From contig CAVYQE010000001.1 in assembly GCA_963770565.1 (NCBI GenBank), forward strand, positions 1,504,001 to 1,568,000: DNA of 64,000 nt. The letters run 5' to 3'. Shown here piece after piece: positions 29,720 through 40,207 of this stretch. The notes below the pieces were generated by a model. It did not search any database and had not been told where the DNA came from. It saw only the letters and a program-made list of their open reading frames with translations. The number at the start of each line of letters is the position of its first letter. The first letter of the stretch is position 1. Both the position numbers and the translations under genes were made by a program. This DNA comes from an uncultured Actinomycetota bacterium (GTDB lineage: Bacteria > Actinomycetota > Actinomycetes > JAFAQI01).

Positions 29720-32395
29720 ATGAGTGGAGCAACCCAAGTATCTCACTCTAGTTTCGCGGTGATCGGGGGTGGCGCTGCCGGAACCCTGACTGCTGCCCGC
29801 CTGGTCGACGAAGCCGGTCGGCAGCATCGGACCGTCAGCGTCACAGTGATCGAGCCGCGAGCCGCGCTCGGTCGCGGCGTCGCGTATTCCACCACCGACG
29901 ACCGGCACCTGCTGAACGTGCCGGTGCGGCTGATGACGGCGTACACCGATGATCCCGAGCATTTCGCCCGCTGGCTGGCCTACCAAGGCGGCGAGCCGCC
30001 GGCGCCGTGCGACTACGTTCCCCGTGAGTGGTACGGGCGCTACCTGCAGCACGTGCTGGACGACGCCGAGCGGCGGACGCCGTGGGCGACGCTGCATCAT
30101 CGGCGCGATCGCGTCGTCGATCTGGCCTACGACGGGCAGCGATGTCGGCTGACACTGGCGGACGGCCCCGACCTCGAGGTCGACGCTGCCGTCCTCGCGG
30201 TCGGCCACCTCGGGGCGGAGCTGTCGTGGGTGCCGGCGCCGCTGCAAGGATCTGCCCGGCTGGTTGCGGATCCCTGGGCGCCTGGTGCGCTTGACGGCGT
30301 ACCGGTCGACGGCGACGTCCTGATCGTCGGCACCGGCTTGACCATGGTCGACACCGTTCGCGCCCTCGACCGGCCGGGTCGGGTGATCCACCTGACCTCC
30401 CGGCACGGCATCCTGCCGCAGCCCCAGACGTCCGGCGACCGTCCGGTCATGGAGGCGCCCGAGTTCCCCACGGCGGCGCCGACCCTGGCCGAGCTGCACG
30501 ACCTCATGCAGGCACACATCGACAAGGCACAAGCCCGGTACGGCGACTGGCGACCGGCGGTGGACAGCATTCGCGCCATCACCCAGCGGCTATGGGCCGG
30601 GCTGAGCGACACCGACCGGGCCGAGTTCCTCGCGCTCGACGCCCGGCGGTGGGAGTCGTTGCGGCACCGGATCCCGCCGCAGAGTGCCGAGGCGCTGGGC
30701 TCCGCCCGTTCAGCCGGGCGGGTGGTCACGCATACCGGCCGGGTGCTCGGGGCGACCGAGGTGGCCCATGGCGTGGAGGTCGTCCTCTCGGATGGCAGCA
30801 CCGTGCGGGTGGCCGCGGTCGTGAACTGTGCCGGCCCGAACGCCGGTGCTGCGACCAGCACCGACCCGTTGCTGCGGTCACTGCTCGATCGAGGGCTGGC
30901 CGCCGCCGGCCCGGTCGGGCTCGGCCTCGACACCACCGCCGACGGCGCGCTGCGGGACACGACCGGGCGTACCGCGATTCCGGTCTGGACGCTGGGCTCG
31001 CTGCGGCGCGGCACGTTGTGGGAGAGCACCGCGATTCCGGAGATTCGAGACCAGGCAGCGGCGCTCGCGAAGCGACTGCTCGGTAGCGGTGCGCGCCGAG
31101 ACCGTCGCCCACGCGACCAATACGACCTTGCGCTGTCCGCCACACCACAGGCGGCCGAGTCGTGGCGTGGCGCGCTCGAGGCGATTTGCCTGCTGCGGCG
31201 CGACGCGCTCGATCTGCTGGAGGCGACGGTCCGGGCCGACCCCGGCTTTGCGGTCGGGCATGCGGCACTGGCTCTGGTGGGACACGAGTGGGACCTGCCC
31301 GCTGATGTGGACGCCCATCTGCACGCCGCGGTCGATGCGGTCCGGCATCGCGGCGACCGGCGCGAGCGCAGCTTCGTGCAGACCGTGGTCAGCCGGCTGA
31401 CCGGCGGCCGGGCCGCGGGTGACCGCGCGCTGCTTCGCCATATCGACGAGTTTCCGCGCGACGCGCTCGCGGTGAGTGTGGCGCTGCCGACGATCGCCTT
31501 CAGCGGGGTTACCGGGCCGGTGGCCGAGTCGTGGGCCCTTGCGGAGCGGCTCGCGCCGGCGTACGGCGACGACTGGTGGTTCGCCGGCATGCTGGCTTTC
31601 GTCCGGCAGGAGCAGCAGCGCTGGAACGACGCCGAGCGGCTGTCGGCGAGGTCGATGCGCGAGCAGCCGGCGGCCGGCCACGCGGCCCATGCCCGCACCC
31701 ATGTCTTCTACGAGACCGGCGAGCACGAGGCCGGGCTTCGCTGGATGGACGAGTGGATCGTGGCCAACGGTCCGGACACCCAATACACCGCGCACTACTC
31801 CTGGCACGCTGCCTTGCACGAGCTCGCCCTTGATGACGCGGACGCGGTCCGGCGGCGTTACGCGGAGCAGCTCGCGCCGCCGGTGGTGACCGGCCCGCGC
31901 GCGCTGGTCGACTCGGCGTCGTTGCTCTGGCGGTCCAGGTTGGCCGGCCTCTGGCCGGGGGAGCTACCGATCGAGGACGTCCTCTCGACGGTGCCGGCTT
32001 GCCTGCTCGACCATCCGGCCACCGCATTCGCCGCAATGCACGCGGTGGTCGCCCTCGCCGCGGCCGGCGACGTCGACGGGCTCGGCCGGCTGCAGGAGTT
32101 CGCGGCGACGCACCCGGACTCGGAGTATCCAGAACTGATCGCGCCGATGTGCGAGGGCTTTGCCGCCCACGTCCGAGGGGACACCGCTGCAGCCGCGGAT
32201 CGTCTCGCCGTCGTGGTGGCCGGCGCCGAACGGCTCGGCGGAAGCGCCGCCCAGCAAGAGGTGATCGCGGAGACGATGCTGCATGCGCTCGTGGCGTCCG
32301 GCCAGCACGACGCCGCCCGCCGCCACCTCGAGCAGCGGCTTGACCGGAGGCCCCGGCCGAGCGAGCAGCGAAGGTTGTCCGGGCTGTCCCGCTAG
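29720..32395 (+). CDS. FAD/NAD(P)-binding oxidoreductase fused to a TTC38-like helical-repeat domain
   Basis: VIGGGAAG, GRGVAYST...LLNVP, IVGTGLTMVD, WESTAIPEIR; C-half has HAAHARTHVFYE, HYSWHAALHEL, LGGSAAQQEV. Confidence 0.8.
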   Translation: MSGATQVSHSSFAVIGGGAAGTLTAARLVDEAGRQHRTVSVTVIEPRAALGRGVAYSTTDDRHLLNVPVRLMTAYTDDPEHFARWLAYQGGEPPAPCDYVPREWYGRYLQHVLDDAERRTPWATLHHRRDRVVDLAYDGQRCRLTLADGPDLEVDAAVLAVGHLGAELSWVPAPLQGSARLVADPWAPGALDGVPVDGDVLIVGTGLTMVDTVRALDRPGRVIHLTSRHGILPQPQTSGDRPVMEAPEFPTAAPTLAELHDLMQAHIDKAQARYGDWRPAVDSIRAITQRLWAGLSDTDRAEFLALDARRWESLRHRIPPQSAEALGSARSAGRVVTHTGRVLGATEVAHGVEVVLSDGSTVRVAAVVNCAGPNAGAATSTDPLLRSLLDRGLAAAGPVGLGLDTTADGALRDTTGRTAIPVWTLGSLRRGTLWESTAIPEIRDQAAALAKRLLGSGARRDRRPRDQYDLALSATPQAAESWRGALEAICLLRRDALDLLEATVRADPGFAVGHAALALVGHEWDLPADVDAHLHAAVDAVRHRGDRRERSFVQTVVSRLTGGRAAGDRALLRHIDEFPRDALAVSVALPTIAFSGVTGPVAESWALAERLAPAYGDDWWFAGMLAFVRQEQQRWNDAERLSARSMREQPAAGHAAHARTHVFYETGEHEAGLRWMDEWIVANGPDTQYTAHYSWHAALHELALDDADAVRRRYAEQLAPPVVTGPRALVDSASLLWRSRLAGLWPGELPIEDVLSTVPACLLDHPATAFAAMHAVVALAAAGDVDGLGRLQEFAATHPDSEYPELIAPMCEGFAAHVRGDTAAAADRLAVVVAGAERLGGSAAQQEVIAETMLHALVASGQHDAARRHLEQRLDRRPRPSEQRRLSGLSR

Positions 32396-32443
32396 GCCGA
32401 ACGGGTCGATCCTCCAAACGGTCGACATCTGAGCCGGACGGAT

Positions 32444-32470
32444 CTCAACATCGGCGGGCCGACCGCCGAA
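32444..32470 (+). promoter_or_regulatory. Putative FliA/WhiG-family promoter
   Basis: CTCA-N17-GCCGAA upstream of the phosphodiester glycosidase gene. Confidence 0.4.
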
Positions 32471-32483
32471 GATGCACCTCAGA

Positions 32484-33725
32484 ATGAGTCGCACCAACCC
32501 CTCCCGCCTGCGGCGCGCCGGTCTCGTCGTACCGGCGGCTGCTGCCATCGGCCTGCTCAGCGTCGTGCCCGGGCTCGGGGTGGCCCAGGCGGCATCGCGC
32601 CACCCGGCTGCCCGCGGTGACGGCGGCTGCCCCCGGGCTGAGTCGCTCGTCCCCGGCACGACCTGGCACAAGCGGACGTTGGCGACCGGACTGGTGATGT
32701 CGTCCGGCTCGACGAACGACTCGAACGGGGTCGTGTCGATGCACGTGCTCCGGATCAACCTGGCCGACCCGAACCTCTCGCTGCAGCCGCTGATGCACTC
32801 GCTCGCCCAGCGCTCGCCGCTCAGCACACTGGCCACCGGTCGCCCGCACCTGGTGGCGGCGACCAACACGGGTTACTTCGACTTCCGCACCGGCGACCCG
32901 ACCCAACCGCTCATCTCGAACAAGGTCCCGCAGGTGATGTCCTCGGTGCACCAGGAGGTCGTCGGCATCGGCAGCAACGGCCTCGCCGAGTCGGGCACGG
33001 TCTGGTGGGCGGCGCTGCTGACCGCCGGCAAGAAGACGCACGCCGTGGTCGCCAAGAACGAGCTCGACCCGCCGTCCGGGCTCGGGATCTACACCGCCAA
33101 GTGGGGCTCGTCGCCGGTGCCGGCGCGCTGGAGCGACGAGGTCCGGGGCGTGGTCAACGGCGCGCTCACCAGCGTCTCGCAGTCCCGCTGGGGACCGAAC
33201 ATCCCGAGCAACGGCTACCTGCTGGTCGGGCACGGGCAGTCCGCGAGCAACTGGCTGTCCGGCATCCCGCTCGGTACGAAGATCTCGCTCGCCTCATCGG
33301 TCGTCACCAGCGCGCCGAAGCCGTTCGTCCAGGCGTACGGGGTGGGCCTGGAGGTCGTCCAGAAGCCCGGCGTGATCCGGACCGGGTTCGGGTGCGACAG
33401 CATCGGCACCAAGCAGCCGGCGCGGACCGAGATCGGCCTGAGCCACGGCGGCCGGATGATCACGATTGCGATCGTCGCGGACCACCGCGGCACCTCGACC
33501 CACGGCCTCGACGAGAACCAGATGTCGGAGCTCATGGTGCAGCTGGGATCCAGCCAGGCCTTCGCCTTCGACGGCTCAGGATCGACCGAGCTGCTCGCCC
33601 GCCTTGGCAGCTCGCACCCGCTGACGCTGGAGAACTACCCCGCTGACGGCCAGGAGCGCCCGATGCCGGTCGGACTCGGCATCTTCTCGAGCCCGGTGAA
33701 GCACAAGGCCAAGCACAAGCACTGA
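32484..33725 (+). CDS. Secreted phosphodiester glycosidase (NAGPA-family) protein
   Basis: Signal peptide, AATNTGYFD, ARTEIG, FDGSGST, ERPM; start is 32472 or 32484. Confidence 0.8.
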   Translation: MSRTNPSRLRRAGLVVPAAAAIGLLSVVPGLGVAQAASRHPAARGDGGCPRAESLVPGTTWHKRTLATGLVMSSGSTNDSNGVVSMHVLRINLADPNLSLQPLMHSLAQRSPLSTLATGRPHLVAATNTGYFDFRTGDPTQPLISNKVPQVMSSVHQEVVGIGSNGLAESGTVWWAALLTAGKKTHAVVAKNELDPPSGLGIYTAKWGSSPVPARWSDEVRGVVNGALTSVSQSRWGPNIPSNGYLLVGHGQSASNWLSGIPLGTKISLASSVVTSAPKPFVQAYGVGLEVVQKPGVIRTGFGCDSIGTKQPARTEIGLSHGGRMITIAIVADHRGTSTHGLDENQMSELMVQLGSSQAFAFDGSGSTELLARLGSSHPLTLENYPADGQERPMPVGLGIFSSPVKHKAKHKH

Positions 33726-33889
33726 CCACGCGGGCCGCGCCGTTTAGCCCGATTTGTGAGCCGTTGCCGGGGCCAGAGCAGCGGGAACCCCTCACGAACC
33801 GGTTCACATCACATCGGGCGTCGTGGCAACCTTTTCTCATCGCCATCGCGTTCACCGGTGAGGTCAAGGGTCCCAGGACAGGGGGCGAG

Positions 33890-34400
33890 GTGGCCGAGCC
33901 CGTCGACTTCGACTCCTACGTCGTGGCTCGTCGGCGCTCCTTCTTGCGCACCGCCTGGTTGCTGACCGGCGACTGGTACGCCGCGGACGATCTCGTGCAG
34001 AACGCACTGATGAACTGTTACCCGAAGTGGCGCCGAATCTCGGCCGGTGATGCCGATGCCTACGTCCGTCGCGCGATCTTCAACAGCCACGCGTCCTGGT
34101 GGCGGCGTCGTTGGCGGGGCGAACGCTCGACCGCGGAGCCGCCGGAGATCCTCGCTGGGCGACCCCTATGCCGACTCCGACCAGCGCTCGTTCGTCCTGA
34201 GCGCACTCGCCGGGCTGCCCGCGCGACAGCGCGCGGTCGTCGTCCTTCGCTTCTACGAAGACCTCACCGAGGCCCAGACCGCCGAGATGCTCGGATGTGC
34301 CGTCGGCACGATCAAGAGCCAGACCGCGAAGGCGCTCGCCAATCTGCGGACGAGTGGCGCGCTGCTCGCCACCGAACAGCCCGAGGTGAGTCATGACTGA
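33890..34400 (+). pseudogene. SigE-family ECF sigma factor with a one-base frameshift
   Basis: Region 2 (AWLLTGDWYAADDLVQ) lies in one frame and region 4 (LPARQRAVVVLRFYEDLTEAQTA...GTIKSQ) in another; the switch is near GCTGGGCGAC at ~34154-34163. Confidence 0.85.
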
Positions 34401-35724
34401 ACTGCGTCTTCTCGACCTTCGGAAAGGGGTGCCTGACCCGCCCGGGAGCCTGCTCGCACTCCCGGACCTCCACCGAAGGATTCGGGTCAGGCGAGGACGG
34501 CGACGCTCGAGCGCGTTGCTCGCGACCGTTCTCGTCACGGCGGGGACCGTCTTTGCCGTTACGCGGATCGGGCCGACCTCAACGCCACCGCTCGCCCTGG
34601 CTCAGCCTCGGGACGGGCTGGTCGTGTTCGCGGAGTACAGCCCCGGTCCGGATAAGTACCTTCCGAACATGGCGCTGTATGCGGCGACGCCGGCCGGTAC
34701 AGACGTACGGCGACTTACCGCGACGTCGGGCCGGATCGATGCGCTAACGGCCTCACTCAACGGCCGCAAGATCGCGTACGACGCGGAGACATACCAGCCC
34801 AGCAAGGACTTGCACGTCACCGGTGACTACGTGCATGTCATGGATGCGAACGGCTCGGACAACCAAACCGTTTATCGCTGCCCCCAGTCGTACTGCGGGA
34901 GCCTGGCCTGGTCGCCGGACGGAGCGCGGCTACTGATCAACGGGGATACCGTGCTCGAGCCCGATGGGCACGTCACCATGCTGTGCAATGGCGGGTGCTC
35001 CAACGGCGACGATCCGCTCTCGGACGCCAGCTGGTCACCGGACGGGAAGCAGCTTGCGTTTGAGGATGCGGTCACGGTGCAACTCAGCGGTGGCACCTCG
35101 ACCGTTCCGGCGATCGGTACTGCTGATGCTGACGGAACCCATGTTCGGCTGTTGACGGACCGGCAGTGCACGGCCGCCTCCCGTGCCAGCTGCACCTACG
35201 ACAGCTCACCCGTGTGGTCGACGAGTGGTGACGAGATCGCCTTCTCACGGATGAAGCCGAATTTCCTCCCCCTCGGGGGAAACCAAGGATTCGGTCCGTA
35301 CGGCCCCACCGGGCTTTACACAATGCGAAGCGATGGAACTGCAATCACCGAAGTTAGGTCCTGCGGCGATCACTGTCGAATCAGCTCGATCGAATGGGCG
35401 CCCGATGGGCGCCGCTTGGCTTTCGTCAGCACCGCGGACCCAGTCATTGGGAACGAGTCGCAGAGCACGGCGGGGATCGCAGATCCGGCCACTGGCAGCG
35501 TTGATGTCCTGCAGGTGCCGACCGACGTGTCAGAACCGGACTACGACGGCCTTACCCCCGCCGTCGCGTGGGCACCCAGCGGGCGCCGCTTGATGCTGAT
35601 TACCCATGCACCCGGACGGCCCGCCGCGCTCTACATCCTTCCGGTGCGGCAGGCCACGCTCGGCGCGCAGATCCTCGTGCGCAAGAACGTCCATCCGCCG
35701 CTGACCTGGCTCCCATCGACGTAG
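34393..35724 (+). CDS. Putative anti-sigma/sensor with TolB/PD40-like beta-propeller
   Basis: RRGRRR followed by one TM helix; WSPDG, WSPDG, WAPDG, WAPSG repeats; overlaps the sigma end. Confidence 0.7.
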   Translation: MTELRLLDLRKGVPDPPGSLLALPDLHRRIRVRRGRRRSSALLATVLVTAGTVFAVTRIGPTSTPPLALAQPRDGLVVFAEYSPGPDKYLPNMALYAATPAGTDVRRLTATSGRIDALTASLNGRKIAYDAETYQPSKDLHVTGDYVHVMDANGSDNQTVYRCPQSYCGSLAWSPDGARLLINGDTVLEPDGHVTMLCNGGCSNGDDPLSDASWSPDGKQLAFEDAVTVQLSGGTSTVPAIGTADADGTHVRLLTDRQCTAASRASCTYDSSPVWSTSGDEIAFSRMKPNFLPLGGNQGFGPYGPTGLYTMRSDGTAITEVRSCGDHCRISSIEWAPDGRRLAFVSTADPVIGNESQSTAGIADPATGSVDVLQVPTDVSEPDYDGLTPAVAWAPSGRRLMLITHAPGRPAALYILPVRQATLGAQILVRKNVHPPLTWLPST

Positions 35725-35732
35725 CCAGATGC

Positions 35733-37220
35733 TCAACCGGCCGCTGCGAGCTCCGCATCGGGTTGTTTGCGACGGGTGCCGGGGATCCAGAACGCGGCCG
35801 CGGCGCCGATTGCGGCGATGACGGCCGCGGCCGCGAACGCATGCACATAGCCCGAGGTGATGGCCGCCCGGGCCGCCGTGGAGCCGAGTGCGCCCTGGGC
35901 GATCACCGGGTGGCCGAGCAGGTGGATCGTTCGGTCGGTGGCGACCGTCGCCAGCGCGGCCAGCCCGATCGAGCCGCCGACCTGTCGTGAGGTGTTCAGC
36001 ACCCCGGAGGCGATCCCGGCCTGCGACCAGTGGACGCCCGCGGTCGCCGCGGTCGCGAGCGGCGTGAACGACAGCCCCATCCCGAAGGAGATCAGCAGCG
36101 TGGGTCCGAGCACGCCGCCGAGATAGGTCGACGACGCCGAGAGCTGGGTGAGCCCGGCGAATCCCAGCGCGGAAAGGCCGAGCCCCACGACCAACATCGC
36201 GCGCGGGCCGCTGCGACCGATCACCCGCCCGGCGGTGCGGGCACCGACGATGATGGCGAACGACATCGGCAGGAACAGCAGGCCGGTCTTGAGCGGGTGG
36301 AAGCCGTGGACGTCCTGTAGATACAGCGAGAGGAAGTACCACATCGAGAAGAAGACGACGCCGAGCAGCAGCATCACCAGGTTGGCGGCGGACACCGACC
36401 GTGACTTGAACAGCGACAGCGGCATCAGCGGTGCGCTCACCCGGGTCTGGGACACCAGGAAGACGACCAGCAGGGCGGCCGCGACTGCGAGCAGGACGAG
36501 CGTTCGGGTCGAGGTCCAGGGGTGGACATCGGTGCCCACGATCGCGTAAACGAGCAAGGCCAGGCCGGCCGTGGCCAGGATCGCCCCGGTGAGGTCGAGG
36601 CTCCGTTCGGCATCCGCCCGACGGCGCTCCGGCAGCCACATGACCGCCGCGGCGATCGCGGCAACACCGATCGGGATGTTGACGAAGAGCACCCACCGCC
36701 ACGACAGGTACGACGTGAGAAGCCCGCCCAGGATCACGCCGAAGGCGCCACCGAGACCTGCCACGGCACTCCAGGCGGCGAGCGCGCGATGGCGCTTCTC
36801 GCCCTCGCCGAACGTCGTCATGATGATCGTGAGCGTCGCTGGCGACAGCACGGCGCCGCCCAGGCCCTGGGCCGCTCGTGCGGCGGTGAGCTCGGTGCTC
36901 GTCTGGGCCAGCCCGCCGAGCAGGCTCGCGACCGAGAACAGGGTCAGCCCGGCGAGGAACACCCGGCGGCGACCGAACAGGTCGGCGGTGCGGCCGCCGA
37001 GCAGCAGGAACCCGGCGAAGGTCAGGACGTAGGCGTTGACCACCCATTGCAGGTCGGTCGGCGAGTAGTGCAGGTCACGGCCGATCGACGGCAACGCGAC
37101 GTTCACGATCGAGACGTCGAGCACGACCATGAACTGCGCAACGCAGACCAAGGCGAGGATCGCGTTGTCGGATACGGGTCGCTCGTGCCGGGGAACCGTG
37201 ACGTCGGTTTCGGTGGCCAT
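35733..37220 (-). CDS. DHA2-family MFS efflux transporter
   Basis: LDVSIVNVALP, GRTADLFGRRR, WRWVLFVNIPIG. Confidence 0.93.
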   Translation of the reverse strand: MATETDVTVPRHERPVSDNAILALVCVAQFMVVLDVSIVNVALPSIGRDLHYSPTDLQWVVNAYVLTFAGFLLLGGRTADLFGRRRVFLAGLTLFSVASLLGGLAQTSTELTAARAAQGLGGAVLSPATLTIIMTTFGEGEKRHRALAAWSAVAGLGGAFGVILGGLLTSYLSWRWVLFVNIPIGVAAIAAAVMWLPERRRADAERSLDLTGAILATAGLALLVYAIVGTDVHPWTSTRTLVLLAVAAALLVVFLVSQTRVSAPLMPLSLFKSRSVSAANLVMLLLGVVFFSMWYFLSLYLQDVHGFHPLKTGLLFLPMSFAIIVGARTAGRVIGRSGPRAMLVVGLGLSALGFAGLTQLSASSTYLGGVLGPTLLISFGMGLSFTPLATAATAGVHWSQAGIASGVLNTSRQVGGSIGLAALATVATDRTIHLLGHPVIAQGALGSTAARAAITSGYVHAFAAAAVIAAIGAAAAFWIPGTRRKQPDAELAAAG

Positions 37221-37242
37221 TCAGGGTGCTATCGGGCCGCGG

Positions 37243-37611
37243 CTACCTGGCCCGGCTCCGCGCGGCGCGATCATCGCGCAGCTTGGCCAGCGCCTCTTCG
37301 AGCAGCTCGTCGCCCTCGGCCATCGTCCGGCGCATCATGAGGAACTCGAACGGGGTCTTCGGTGGGCCGCCCGCCATCCGCTCGCGGGGCGGCGGCTGGT
37401 CCTGGATCGGGCCGGCCGGTTGACCGCACACCTGGCAGGCCCAGGTCTGCGGCAGCTCGACGTGCAGCGCGAAGGCCGGTCGGCTCTCATGCCCGGCGTG
37501 GCACCAGTAGGACACCGCCCGGCGCGGCTCGACGACGCCACCGCGATCGACTTCGGAGCCTGGTGCACCGCCGAGGCGACCACCACGAATCGTGGAGCGG
37601 CGCGAACCCAT
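37243..37611 (-). CDS. rbpA: RNA polymerase-binding protein RbpA-family (divergent)
   Basis: IRGGRLG, PRRAVSYWCHAGH, PQTWACQVCGQPA, LMMRRT...ELLEEAL. Confidence 0.8.
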   Translation of the reverse strand: MGSRRSTIRGGRLGGAPGSEVDRGGVVEPRRAVSYWCHAGHESRPAFALHVELPQTWACQVCGQPAGPIQDQPPPRERMAGGPPKTPFEFLMMRRTMAEGDELLEEALAKLRDDRAARSRAR

Positions 37612-37714
37612 CGTCTGTCTCCCTCTGCCGGGTGGCCGTCGGCCGGTGCGCTCTACCCGCGAGCCATGCACGACGAGAACTTCGACCTCAGGACGAGGCT
37701 AACACCGTTGATCC

Positions 37715-38461
37715 CTAGACGAGAAGGCTCGCGAAACGGTGCGCGAACGCGTACGCGTCACCCGGCCACCGGGCCGAGACATACCGTCCGTCCTGTACGA
37801 CGACGGCGTGCGTGTCGTCTTCGGCCGTGCCACGAGCCGACAGGACTCGCGGCCCACGCTCGAACTGCCGCTCGGGATGCTCGAGCGCCGCGCGCACCTC
37901 GTCTTCGACGTACTCGGGGTAGGTGCGGTAGTAGCGGCCCCGCCGCCACGCGGTCGCAAGGTAGGCGCTGCGCTCCATGTACTTCGGCAGGCAGGTGGTG
38001 CGGACGCCGGAGAGCACGCTCCGGCCGGTGTCGGGATCGGTGGTCCGGGCGAGGACGAGCACGCCGTGGCAGATCGCACCGACCGGCCGGCCGAGGGCCC
38101 AGAACTCGCCCACTTTGGCGCGCAGCGCCGCGCTGTCGAGGTATTGCCGCATGCCCTTCGCGTGGCCGCCCGGCAGTAGCAGCCCGTCGAACGCGCCCGG
38201 AACGATGTCGGCGAACGCGATTGGCTGCCGGAACCGCGGCGCTTCCCCTAGCTGGGCATAGAAGCGCTTCGGTTCAGACGCCGCCCCCAGCCGGCCGAAG
38301 ACGACGCCGTCGAGCAGGAGCGGGTCGGCCTGCGGCGTCGCCGCGGACTCGGTGGCAAAGACGACCTCGCAGCCGGCGTCGGTGAGCACTCGCCACGGCA
38401 CCGCGACCTCGGTGACGTCGAAGTCGCGGTCGGGGAGCGGGACGAGCACTCGGCGCTGCAT
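37715..38461 (-). CDS. DJ-1/PfpI (class I glutamine amidotransferase-like) protein
   Basis: DFDVTEVAVPW, LLPGGHAKG, GAICHG, SARWPGD. Confidence 0.88.
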   Translation of the reverse strand: MQRRVLVPLPDRDFDVTEVAVPWRVLTDAGCEVVFATESAATPQADPLLLDGVVFGRLGAASEPKRFYAQLGEAPRFRQPIAFADIVPGAFDGLLLPGGHAKGMRQYLDSAALRAKVGEFWALGRPVGAICHGVLVLARTTDPDTGRSVLSGVRTTCLPKYMERSAYLATAWRRGRYYRTYPEYVEDEVRAALEHPERQFERGPRVLSARGTAEDDTHAVVVQDGRYVSARWPGDAYAFAHRFASLLV

Positions 38462-38465
38462 CCGG

Positions 38466-39614
38466 TCAACCGCCCGAGACGAGCGAGTCGGCTTCCCTGG
38501 GCGGTGGGGTCGGATCAAGGGCCGACTCCCGCCACCCGGCCGGAAGCGCGACCGGCCGAGGGCCCTGGGAGTGGCCGCGCACGATCCGGTGGTTCTCCGG
38601 CGGGAGCGTCACGCCCGATCCGACCCGGTCCAGCAGCCCGTGCATCAGGACGTCGAGCTCGGCCAGCGAGGAGGTCTGCGCCATGTCGCGCCTGGTCTGA
38701 CCGCCGACCGGGTAGCCGGCGAGATACCAGCCGACGTGCTTGCGGAAGTCGCGAACGCCGATCAGCTCATCACCCTTGGTCTCGACGAGCAGCCGGACGT
38801 GGCGGCGCATGACCGCGACCACCTCGCCGAGCGCCGGCGGCGCCTGCACCGGCCGCCCGGCGAACGCGTCGGCAAGATCGCGAAACAGCCATGGCCGGCC
38901 AAGGCAGCCGCGCCCGACCACGACCCCGTCGCATCCGGTCTCCCGCATCATCGCGACCCCGTCGGGCGCCAGCCAGATGTCGCCGTTGCCCAAGACCGGG
39001 ATGGTCGAGATGGCCGCCTTGAGCCGGGCGACCGCCGACCAGTCCGCGACGCCCGAGTACAGCTGTTCGGCGGTCCTGGCGTGCAGCGCGACGGCGGCAG
39101 CGCCCTCATCGGCGGCGATCTGCCCGGCGCTGAGATAGGTCAGCGCGCGGTCGTCGACTCCGAGCCGCATCTTGACCGTCACCGGGATCGTGCCGGCCGC
39201 CTGCACCGCTTGCCGCACGATCGCCGCGAACAGCAGTCGGTGCATCGGCAGCGCCGCGCCGCCGCCGAGCTTGGTCACCTTCGGCACCGGACAACCCATG
39301 TTGAGGTCGATGTGGTCGACCCTGGCCTGCTCGACCAGTGCCGTCACCGCGCGGCCGACCACGTCGGGATCGACGCCGTACAGCTGGATGCTGCGGACCT
39401 GTTCGTCGGCGCCGAAGGCCAGCATCCGCTGGGTCTTCTCGCTCCCCTCGACGAGCGCCCGCGCGGACACCATCTCGTTGACGTACAAGCCGGCGCCGTA
39501 TGAGCGGCACAGGGTGCGGAAGGCGGCGTTCGTCACGCCCGCCATCGGGGCGAGCACGACCGGCGGATCGACCGTGATCGGGCCGATCTTCAGCGGTGCC
39601 GGGCTCAGTGCCAT
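38466..39614 (-). CDS. dusB: tRNA-dihydrouridine synthase DusB
   Basis: [35 protein letters not shown]. Confidence 0.93.
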   Translation of the reverse strand: MALSPAPLKIGPITVDPPVVLAPMAGVTNAAFRTLCRSYGAGLYVNEMVSARALVEGSEKTQRMLAFGADEQVRSIQLYGVDPDVVGRAVTALVEQARVDHIDLNMGCPVPKVTKLGGGAALPMHRLLFAAIVRQAVQAAGTIPVTVKMRLGVDDRALTYLSAGQIAADEGAAAVALHARTAEQLYSGVADWSAVARLKAAISTIPVLGNGDIWLAPDGVAMMRETGCDGVVVGRGCLGRPWLFRDLADAFAGRPVQAPPALGEVVAVMRRHVRLLVETKGDELIGVRDFRKHVGWYLAGYPVGGQTRRDMAQTSSLAELDVLMHGLLDRVGSGVTLPPENHRIVRGHSQGPRPVALPAGWRESALDPTPPPREADSLVSGG

Positions 39615-40204
39615 AACTCCGTGATACCGATGCCGAGCTGCGCCAGCAAGCGGCGCAGTAGCGGCAGGGACAGCCCGATCACGTTGCTGGCGTCGCCGTC
39701 GATGCCGTCGATGAACGGTGCAGCACGGCCGTCGAGGGTGAATGCACCGGCGACCTCCAGCGGCTCTCCACTGGCGACGTACGACGCGATCTCGGCGTCG
39801 GTCGGCTCGCCGAAGCGCACCACGGTGGTGCCGATCCCGTTCGCCTCCCGCCCGGTTGCGAGGTCGATCACGCAGTGGCCGGTCAGCAGGGTGGCGGTCC
39901 TGCCGCGCATCGCCAGCCAGCGTTCGGTGGCCGCCTCCGGGGTGCCCGGTTTGCCCATCGTCTGCCCGTCGAAGACCAACATCGAGTCGCAGCCGAGCAC
40001 GATGGCCGCTCCGTTCGAGAGGTCGCGTGCGACGGCTCGCGCCTTGGCGACGGCGAGCTCCTCGACCAGCTCATGCGGATTCTCGGTGTCGACGCTGGAC
40101 TCGTCGACACCGCTCACCACGACGCGCGGGTCGATGCCGGCGTCGCGAAGCAGCCGCAGCCGGGCCGGCGACGCCGAGGCGAGAACCAGCTCGCGATCCA
40201 ACAC
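39605..40204 (-). CDS. maf: Maf-family nucleoside triphosphate pyrophosphatase
   Basis: [24 protein letters not shown]. Confidence 0.93.
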   Translation of the reverse strand: MLDRELVLASASPARLRLLRDAGIDPRVVVSGVDESSVDTENPHELVEELAVAKARAVARDLSNGAAIVLGCDSMLVFDGQTMGKPGTPEAATERWLAMRGRTATLLTGHCVIDLATGREANGIGTTVVRFGEPTDAEIASYVASGEPLEVAGAFTLDGRAAPFIDGIDGDASNVIGLSLPLLRRLLAQLGIGITELWH

Positions 40205-40207
40205 CGG

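Noticed and set aside
33826-33852. ECF autoregulatory promoter GCAAC...CGTT
   Set aside because: Spacing appears 1-2 nt too long; not supportable by eye
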